IMG/VR virus record: IMGVR_UViG_3300043427_004512
DNA: 12,788 nucleotides
Reading direction: 5' to 3' (one strand)
From: a virus
Taxonomy: Duplodnaviria > Heunggongvirae > Uroviricota > Caudoviricetes
Positions 1 through 5,631 of the stretch are shown here, piece after piece. The notes beneath the pieces are model-generated. The model was not told where the DNA came from and searched no databases. It saw only the letters and a list, made by a program, of their open reading frames with translations. Numbering within the stretch: the stretch's first letter is position 1; each line of letters begins with the position of its first letter. Both the position numbers and the translations under genes were made by a program.

Positions 1-381
1 ATTATCTTCTGAGATTATTTTATTCTCTACCAAGACATCTATATTGTTTATATCATCATAATATTCTATCAGATTTTTACTTTCTAATAAAGATTTAATA
101 AGTTCTGATTGGTAGTTTTTGTCCATGATGTTTACTGCAACATCAATGGTCTGTTGAACTTCATCAGAAGTTTTTACCTTTGTTATTACGTTGATATTAG
201 TCGATGAATATTTCTTTTGAAAATATTGTTTTACCGATTTAATTCTGTCCTGAGTAAAATTCTCGGGACTATCTTCCCAAATCACTTGTACATAGGGATT
301 ATCTAATCCCGAGAAATCTATTTTATTCGGCATTTTACTATAGTTAAATTTTGGTAAAGGATTGAATAAATCCCAGGACAT
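1..381 (-). CDS. 3'-truncated ORF not in the track (127 codons visible: MSWDLFNPLPKFNYSKMPNKIDFSGLDNPYVQVIWEDSPENFTQDRIKSVKQYFQKKYSSTNINVITK...NIMDKNYQSELIKSLLES...); probable N-terminus of an SbcC/Rad50/gp46-like ATPase
   Basis: Manual translation: ATG at 381-379 overlaps the upstream TAA (TAATG) and there is no stop to base 1. An alternative ATG is at codon 17. The product is inferred from context and recalled similarity; the ATPase motifs would lie outside the window. Confidence 0.7.
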   Translation of the reverse strand, partial: MSWDLFNPLPKFNYSKMPNKIDFSGLDNPYVQVIWEDSPENFTQDRIKSVKQYFQKKYSSTNINVITKVKTSDEVQQTIDVAVNIMDKNYQSELIKSLLESKNLIEYYDDINNIDVLVENKIISEDN

Positions 382-593
382 TATTTTTCGTTTTCTATTT
401 CTTGAACATCGATTACATCTGACTGTTCTTTTTCAGATTCTTCTTTTTGTTTTTTTAACTCTTCCATTTCTTTTTGAATTGCTTCATTGAAGAGTTTTTG
501 CATTCTTGTTTGTGCTGAAGTCAGTTTTTGATTTCGTGAAGCAACTCTTGCTCTGTGTTTTTTTGCTCCACCTCTCACTTTAGATTTTGCCAT
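381..593 (-). CDS. Small hypothetical protein (70 aa, MAKSKVRGGAKKHRARVASRN...), basic N-terminus and acidic helical C-terminus
   Basis: Track ORF 381..641. The ATG at 593 is preferred because it follows the upstream stop (613) after an A-rich leader (ACATAAAAAAAAACAAATT) and avoids a 29-bp overlap. Confidence 0.75.
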   Translation of the reverse strand: MAKSKVRGGAKKHRARVASRNQKLTSAQTRMQKLFNEAIQKEMEELKKQKEESEKEQSDVIDVQEIENEK

Positions 594-612
594 AATTTGT
601 TTTTTTTTATGT

Positions 613-963
613 TTAGTTTTTCGAAGGTCTGTTTTCTTCAAACCATTCTATTATTGAGTTTATTGCCCAAGTTCCTCCTGATGCCAACATACCATCAAAG
701 AACCAAGACACGTATTGAGAGACTCCTAAAATTTCTTTTACAGGTGAATATAAAAAAAGTCCGAAAAAGAATCCAACCCACGTTGGTGCACACATCATAC
801 ATTTTAACATATCGGAAAGAAATACCCAAAATCCATGAAATGGAGTAAATTCATTTGCCGCCCATTTGTTGATAAGGTCTCTTGGACCAGAAAAAATACT
901 ACCGTAAACTAGTATGTTGCTCATTCCATAAGCCAACAATACCCATAAAAACAATTGTGTCAT
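613..963 (-). CDS. Small membrane protein with a CxxCxxxW motif (DUF1360-like)
   Basis: 116 aa; hydrophobic segments at about aa 3-24, 59-73 and 85-105; motif LKCMMCAPTWVG (C55, C58, W62); A-rich leader. Confidence 0.75.
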   Translation of the reverse strand: MTQLFLWVLLAYGMSNILVYGSIFSGPRDLINKWAANEFTPFHGFWVFLSDMLKCMMCAPTWVGFFFGLFLYSPVKEILGVSQYVSWFFDGMLASGGTWAINSIIEWFEENRPSKN

Positions 964-969
964 AATTTT

Positions 970-1656
970 TTATTTATATAATGTTTCATCAAGATTAGAG
1001 CCTCTTAAATAAACCGCCCCCTGAGCCTTTCTTATTTTTTCAAGTTCTGATATTTTATTTTCGAGTTCTTCAATCTTTCTATCTTTATTAATATTCTCAG
1101 ATTTCAAACTTTGTAAAGTTTGTTCTAATTTTTTTTGTTTAGAATCATCTTGAATATTTTTTTCAATAATAATTTCTTTTATAACTTCCACAGGAACTTC
1201 TTTAACAACTTCAACAATTTCAGGTTTTTTGTTTTCGAGTACCTCAATTTTTTTCAAAAGACTATCAATCTCAGAGTTGTCGTAAATATTTACTATTTTT
1301 TCGACAATTTTTTCTACAGGAACTTCTCTAATTACCTCTCTATCAACATACTCTATAACCTTCACTTCTGTTGGTACTTCCTTAATTCTTTCGACCTCTT
1401 TAATAACTTCAATTTCTTTTATGACTTCAACAGGTCTATCAATATACTTTATAACTTCTTTTTCAATATATTTTATTTCTGGTTCAACGATTGGTGAATT
1501 TCCTGAAAGAAGTCCATATTTTTCTATTCTAAATCCCTGTAGATATGAGTCTTTTACTATTTTATTTTCATCGAGTTTATTTAAGGCACAATAAGATTTT
1601 AAATCTTTATATTCACTTGAACTTAAAATAATATTTTTTTCCACTTGGGAGTCCAT
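970..1656 (-). CDS. Hypothetical protein: small N-terminal domain, V/I-E/K-P repeats (alveolin/articulin/IMCp-like) and a C-terminal coiled coil
   Basis: 228 aa; repeats EVIKE, EVPVEKIVEK, EVPVEVIKE at aa 57-125 and 145-166; heptads at aa 177-205; TAATG overlap with the upstream gene. Confidence 0.85.
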   Translation of the reverse strand: MDSQVEKNIILSSSEYKDLKSYCALNKLDENKIVKDSYLQGFRIEKYGLLSGNSPIVEPEIKYIEKEVIKYIDRPVEVIKEIEVIKEVERIKEVPTEVKVIEYVDREVIREVPVEKIVEKIVNIYDNSEIDSLLKKIEVLENKKPEIVEVVKEVPVEVIKEIIIEKNIQDDSKQKKLEQTLQSLKSENINKDRKIEELENKISELEKIRKAQGAVYLRGSNLDETLYK

Positions 1657-2435
1657 TAGGAATTTACAAGTTTTTCATTACCTTCTGAAAGACATTCAAA
1701 GGAATTTATATAGAATGATAAAAATGGTTTAGGGTTCGGTAGGTCAACGAACGTGTATTGGTCTGTCTCAACCTCATATACACCATATCCGTGGTTCTTA
1801 ACAGTTTCACCAAAGTTTTGTTGTATCGTTGAGCCGACCATGTATGCCTTCTTTCCGTCGGGAATATTGAATACTTGTCTTTTGTGGATGTCTCCACACA
1901 AAACCAAATCACACCCTTTGAACTTGTTAGTATCAAATCCTTCATCAAATTTATAACCAATATCGGTTGTTAGTCCTTGTACTGGTCCGTGAAACAAACC
2001 TATATTTTTATTCCCGTCTTTTTTTATATCCGGTGGAATGTTATGTTCCATTAAAGAAAATACACACCAATTGATGTTATTATCAACATAAACACCTCTA
2101 TTTTTATAATAAACGATATTATCGTTATTCAGAGATTCTATGATTGGGGTTAGGGCATCCATTCTCTGATTATTATTTTCTAAGAAATCGTGATTTCCTA
2201 TAATCAAAATTGTTTTCGTGATTTTTGAACACTCCGATAGAACCCAAGCAACAAAATCAACAAGTTCAGGGGTCATTTGATTCTTTGAGTGAACCAAGTC
2301 TCCCGTAAATACGATTCTGTCTGGAGATATAGATTTCCATTCATTAAGGGCCTGAACCATAATTTTCTTATACAGTTCATGTTCTTTGAATAATCGGATA
2401 TGTAAATCAGAAAAATGAATTAATTTTTTTATCAT
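1656..2435 (-). CDS. sbcD: Calcineurin-like metallophosphoesterase, SbcD/Mre11/T4 gp47-like recombination nuclease (nuclease domain only)
   Basis: Motifs SDLH (D10/H12), TGDLVH, GNHD (80-83), LFHG, GDIH and the SbcD/gp47-type GSTIQQNFGE. Confidence 0.88.
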   Translation of the reverse strand: MIKKLIHFSDLHIRLFKEHELYKKIMVQALNEWKSISPDRIVFTGDLVHSKNQMTPELVDFVAWVLSECSKITKTILIIGNHDFLENNNQRMDALTPIIESLNNDNIVYYKNRGVYVDNNINWCVFSLMEHNIPPDIKKDGNKNIGLFHGPVQGLTTDIGYKFDEGFDTNKFKGCDLVLCGDIHKRQVFNIPDGKKAYMVGSTIQQNFGETVKNHGYGVYEVETDQYTFVDLPNPKPFLSFYINSFECLSEGNEKLVNS

Positions 2436-2668
2436 TAGTCGAGAATAATATTTTTTTCATCTTCCTCGAAAGGATTACTTCCCACGTTCACATGACCACA
2501 AGCATCACACTTATAAACAGGAAATGGGACTGGTGTATCTTTATCAGAACCCGTCATAAGTGCAGGGACTCTTTTTAGGTAGATGACTTCTTTGAAATAA
2601 ATTCCTCCACAACTATCACACTTGATAGTCGGGCAATCTTTGAGATTAATTTTCGGTTGTAAATCCAT
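2435..2668 (-). CDS. Cys4 zinc-ribbon protein
   Basis: 77 aa; C17-x2-C20-x33-C54-x2-C57 (CDSC...CDAC); the stop overlaps the nuclease ATG (TAATG). Confidence 0.85.
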   Translation of the reverse strand: MDLQPKINLKDCPTIKCDSCGGIYFKEVIYLKRVPALMTGSDKDTPVPFPVYKCDACGHVNVGSNPFEEDEKNIILD

Positions 2669-2678
2669 ACTTTTTAAT

Positions 2679-2710
2679 CAAATATAAGAATAAATCTTAC
2701 ATTTTACAAA
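2679..2710 (-). promoter_or_regulatory. Bacteroidota housekeeping-sigma-type promoter (-33 TTTG, 20-bp spacer, -7 TATATTTG)
   Basis: Minus strand TTTG(2710-2707)-N20-TATATTTG(2686-2679), 10 nt upstream of the ATG at 2668; matches the established TTTG/TAnnTTTG consensus. Confidence 0.75.
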
Positions 2711-3540
2711 TATTCTTTCATATTCATATTCAACACTGACTCAATAATGTCCTTAGGAACTCTATATTCCTCAAAATCGGAGTCTTCTTTCAAAAGGGTA
2801 ATGATACATCCATAAAGTTTTAAACCTTCGTATTTGGTCCCTTTTAACATTTCTATTAATAATTTCCCATACAAAGGAAGTTGTACGTAATAATGACCTA
2901 ACGCAGTATTTGGATACTTTTGAAAAGGTTCATACATTCTTTCTGTAAAATCATTTTCCACAAAGTTTTTTGGTTTGTTGGTTTTCCAATCGGTAATAAG
3001 AAGACCGAAGTCTGTATTAGTCTTATTATTTATTAACCAAACTTTATCTGGTTGTCCTGTATATCCTAAGCCAGGGTCTCCTAAAACTATTTCAGTATCG
3101 AGTAAAACCGCACCTCTCTCTTTCATAAGTTTAATGTAGTCATTTCCCGCAGAAATCATTTTATCACTTTTCATCAGTTGGGTAAGGTCGCAATCAAAGA
3201 TAGGTTGTCTGACTTCTTTGTATCCCCCATTCTCGTTTATAATAGCCTTTTCGAGCATGTAATGTACTCTACTACCCAAGTTGGTTGAGTAAGAACCAGC
3301 TTTTTCCCATTCTTCTAATAATTCTTTTTGTCTGATTGGGTCTCCTTTGGCTTTATTATATGCCGCTTCTTCAGTTGGAAATTGTTTATAAAACTTTTTT
3401 AAAACTTTAGAAACTGAGGGCCAATCTGTTTTACCTTCCATGGTATATAAATGTCTTTCCTCTTCAAATGTTAGTCCTAATTTTTTTTGTTTTTCGGAAA
3501 TAACATCTCTGATTTCTTGTGCAATTGTTTTTAAGTTCAT
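2704..3540 (-). CDS. PD-(D/E)XK superfamily nuclease (RecB-family / phage exonuclease)
   Basis: 278 aa; GSRVH helix, E150, QPD (D165), D184-W-K186, and the RecB-family QLxxY motif (QLPLY, 220-224). Confidence 0.88.
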   Translation of the reverse strand: MNLKTIAQEIRDVISEKQKKLGLTFEEERHLYTMEGKTDWPSVSKVLKKFYKQFPTEEAAYNKAKGDPIRQKELLEEWEKAGSYSTNLGSRVHYMLEKAIINENGGYKEVRQPIFDCDLTQLMKSDKMISAGNDYIKLMKERGAVLLDTEIVLGDPGLGYTGQPDKVWLINNKTNTDFGLLITDWKTNKPKNFVENDFTERMYEPFQKYPNTALGHYYVQLPLYGKLLIEMLKGTKYEGLKLYGCIITLLKEDSDFEEYRVPKDIIESVLNMNMKEYL

Positions 3541-3704
3541 TTTTCAAATTTAGGTTTGAGATATTGTAGAAGATACTTAGCATAAGCGGTCAAAATTTTA
3601 TGACCATGAAAGTCGAAAACTTCAATATGTTTTTCTTGATTTTCGGTGTATGACTTTTTTAAGTCGAAATAGGTTTGTTGGTCAAAGGTAATTGTATTGT
3701 TCAT
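3537..3704 (-). CDS. Small hypothetical protein not in the track (55 aa: MNNTITFDQQTYFDLKKSYTENQEKHIEVFDFHGHKILTAYAKYLLQYLKPKFEK)
   Basis: Manual translation: ATG 3704-3702, TGA 3539-3537. It fills the apparent gap between primase and nuclease, overlaps the nuclease start as ATGA, and has a promoter-like motif upstream. Confidence 0.8.
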   Translation of the reverse strand: MNNTITFDQQTYFDLKKSYTENQEKHIEVFDFHGHKILTAYAKYLLQYLKPKFEK

Positions 3705-3719
3705 CTTGTTTGGTTTATG

Positions 3720-3749
3720 CTAAGATACGGAGATTTATTTAATTTCAAA
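3720..3749 (-). promoter_or_regulatory. Near-consensus Bacteroidota-type promoter (TTTG-N18-TATCTTAG)
   Basis: TTTG 3749-3746 and TATCTTAG 3727-3720 (one mismatch to TAnnTTTG), preceded by CG and followed by CA like the promoter at 5001; 15 nt upstream of the ATG at 3704. Confidence 0.5.
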
Positions 3750-4664
3750 AAAATATTCTTGAATTTCTCCCCTTAAATCACAAACATCTTTGTCTTTAGG
3801 GAGTTTAACTATTTTAATTTTATTATAAAGTGTCCCCCCATTTAGTTCATGGTATATTTTGAGTCCATCGTCCCATGCATCCCCATCCGTACAAATTATT
3901 ATATTTTTAGTGGCTTTATTATAAAGTGTCTCGAAAAGTAGAGAACTAATTTTCTTACCCAACATGGGAATTGAGTTGTCCAAGAAAAACCCATCAAATA
4001 CACCTTCCACAAGATAAATGTCCTTGTTCCAATCTATTAATGCTTCATTAAATATTATTTTGTCTTTTTCTGCGGTAGGGTTTTTATACTTCATTTTTCT
4101 CGGGACCCATGAACGAGCAATGAAATAATTTAAGGACCCTTCCAAATCGAAAGATGGAACAATAATTCTGTATGCAAAATCTCCCTCAACAGTATATCCT
4201 ATTTGGTATTTTTGAATTATTTCTTCATTAATACCCCTAGAGTTAAGATATTTCATTGCTTCTATGTGAGGAATGAATCTTGGGTTTGAATCAGAGAACT
4301 TTTTATACCCTTGGGGTAATTTTAACTTATTAACCTTTTTGATTTCAACCTTTAGTTCTTCGGGTTTGATTAAATTATAAACTTTCTTTTGTTTTTTGGT
4401 TGCGTATAAATCAAACAATTTCCCTAAAGCTCCTTGAGTTCCATTTGTGTCTGCACAAGCCCAACATTTGTAAACGTGTCTGAAATAATTTATTTCTAAA
4501 TTCCCTTTTCCATCCCCTTTGTCTAAACCTTTTTCTCTTGAGCATACAGGACAGTCAAAGGATATTTGTCCTTTTGACTCGTAGTGTTGTTTTTCATCGC
4601 CTAAAACATCTCTTAATAGTTCTACGAGAACCTCAATCTCTTCTGCTAGTTTTATTCTACCCAT
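3735..4664 (-). CDS. dnaG: DNA primase (N-terminal Cys4 Zn finger + TOPRIM), DnaG / phage type
   Basis: 309 aa; CPVC-x25-CWAC; YLNSRGI, RIIVP and KYKNP motifs; TOPRIM LVEGVFDG and TDGDA (DxD). Confidence 0.92.
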   Translation of the reverse strand: MGRIKLAEEIEVLVELLRDVLGDEKQHYESKGQISFDCPVCSREKGLDKGDGKGNLEINYFRHVYKCWACADTNGTQGALGKLFDLYATKKQKKVYNLIKPEELKVEIKKVNKLKLPQGYKKFSDSNPRFIPHIEAMKYLNSRGINEEIIQKYQIGYTVEGDFAYRIIVPSFDLEGSLNYFIARSWVPRKMKYKNPTAEKDKIIFNEALIDWNKDIYLVEGVFDGFFLDNSIPMLGKKISSLLFETLYNKATKNIIICTDGDAWDDGLKIYHELNGGTLYNKIKIVKLPKDKDVCDLRGEIQEYFFEIK

Positions 4665-4996
4665 TTGAGTTTTGCAATGTTTCTATACCATTGAAGTTGA
4701 TACCCAAATAAACTTAATCTCAAATTTAAATCTTTGAAAATACATTTTCTGATGTGTCTATATGTCTTAATTTTAGATAAATTTTTGAGTTGTTCAAATG
4801 CGAACCAAGTGTTTTGTCTTGGAGAGCAGACTTTTCCTCTGAATTCAACATCAACAAAAAAAGTCTGATATTTCTTTTTGACAGAAATTATTCTGACCTC
4901 ACCTTCAACAAACTTAGATGTTTTAATTTTGAAAGTTCCATACTTCTTTATAAGAGTTTTCAGATTCTTATTTAAGGGAGCTTCTTTGATAGTCAT
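4652..4996 (-). CDS. Basic hypothetical protein
   Basis: 114-aa ORF filling the space between RuvC and primase, with its own promoter and a 13-bp overlap with the primase start; no recognised motif. Confidence 0.75.
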   Translation of the reverse strand: MTIKEAPLNKNLKTLIKKYGTFKIKTSKFVEGEVRIISVKKKYQTFFVDVEFRGKVCSPRQNTWFAFEQLKNLSKIKTYRHIRKCIFKDLNLRLSLFGYQLQWYRNIAKLKWVE

Positions 4997-5000
4997 AATG

Positions 5001-5032
5001 CAAATATACGGATGATTTCAGAAATCACCAAA
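5001..5032 (-). promoter_or_regulatory. Bacteroidota housekeeping-sigma-type promoter (-33 TTTG, 20-bp spacer, -7 TATATTTG)
   Basis: TTTG(5032-5029)-N20-TATATTTG(5008-5001)-CATT-ATG; same boxes and spacing as the promoter at 2679-2710. Confidence 0.75.
5013..5027. promoter_or_regulatory. Perfect 7-1-7 palindrome TGATTTC-A-GAAATCA in the promoter spacer (candidate operator)
   Basis: The palindrome is read directly and lies between the -33 and -7 boxes; the operator role is inferred. Confidence 0.45.
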
Positions 5033-5627
5033 TATTTTGCATTTTCATGAATCCTAAAACCGCAGTATAAGCATCGGATTGGTCGTAATTTTCCTTTTTC
5101 ATGGTATTATTTTTGGTATACGACCATGTAATTTGAGGTTCTCTTTTTGCAACTTGTTCCCAAATTATTACTTTCTTGTCAATATCTTTATTGAAACCTC
5201 CGAATAAAACAAATTTACCTTTATCGTTTTTTTCAACTAAATAAGGAAAGGCAAATTTTCTAGCATTATAAGTTGATATGAATTCTGGAACAATACCTAA
5301 AATATCATAAACTTCTTTGCATATCAAAGTATTATATCTTATCAAAGTACCAACAGTATAAACGTTATTGGAGTTCAATAATGGTTCTTCGATTATAACT
5401 TTTTGAATTCCAAGTCCAACATAAGTTTCAAGCTTTTGTCTGAAAATAAAACTTTTTAGAAGTAATTCTTTCATTTTATTTTCATCATCAAGTTTTGGCT
5501 TGGGTGAAATGTGTGTGAGTTCTAACAGTTGTTTTGTTTCAATATCGAACAAAGCAACTCCAATAGTTTTGGTTGAAATATCCAGTCCCAATACTTTGGG
5601 GGAATCTTTCGATACATTTTTCTTCAT
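5025..5627 (-). CDS. ruvC: RuvC-like Holliday junction resolvase
   Basis: 200 aa; RNase H-fold pattern VLGLD16ISTKTIGVALFD, VIIE80EP, NARK, YD182QSD185A. Confidence 0.85.
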   Translation of the reverse strand: MKKNVSKDSPKVLGLDISTKTIGVALFDIETKQLLELTHISPKPKLDDENKMKELLLKSFIFRQKLETYVGLGIQKVIIEEPLLNSNNVYTVGTLIRYNTLICKEVYDILGIVPEFISTYNARKFAFPYLVEKNDKGKFVLFGGFNKDIDKKVIIWEQVAKREPQITWSYTKNNTMKKENYDQSDAYTAVLGFMKMQNIW

Positions 5628-5631
5628 AGAA

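Noticed and set aside
594-641. Longer start (ATG 641) for the small bipolar protein
   Set aside because: It forces a 29-bp overlap and translates an A-rich leader as poly-Lys; ATG 593 fits better, though this is not proven.
971-978. Sense-strand T4 late box TATAAATA before the membrane-protein gene
   Set aside because: It is fully explained by the codons TAT AAA TAA (Tyr-Lys-stop), is a single instance, and lies inside an operon with a host-type promoter.
1135-1497. Plus-strand F/N-rich 120-aa ORF
   Set aside because: Antisense shadow of the E/V/I/K repeat codons.
2704-3540. PD-(D/E)XK nuclease as Cas4
   Set aside because: Only two Cys, so the four-Cys Fe-S cluster of Cas4 is absent; no cas genes or array are nearby.
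3576-3724. 10-bp inverted repeat CTTAGCATAA (3576-3585) / TTATGCTAAG (3715-3724) around the 55-aa gene
   Set aside because: It does not extend, one arm is coding and the other overlaps a promoter box, and chance is plausible in AT-rich DNA; no invertase or transposase is nearby.
5025-5627. RuvC-fold ORF as TnpB/IscB/Cas12-like or a transposase
   Set aside because: 200 aa, compact resolvase-type motif spacing, no Zn finger or REC region, no flanking IS ends or room for a guide RNA.
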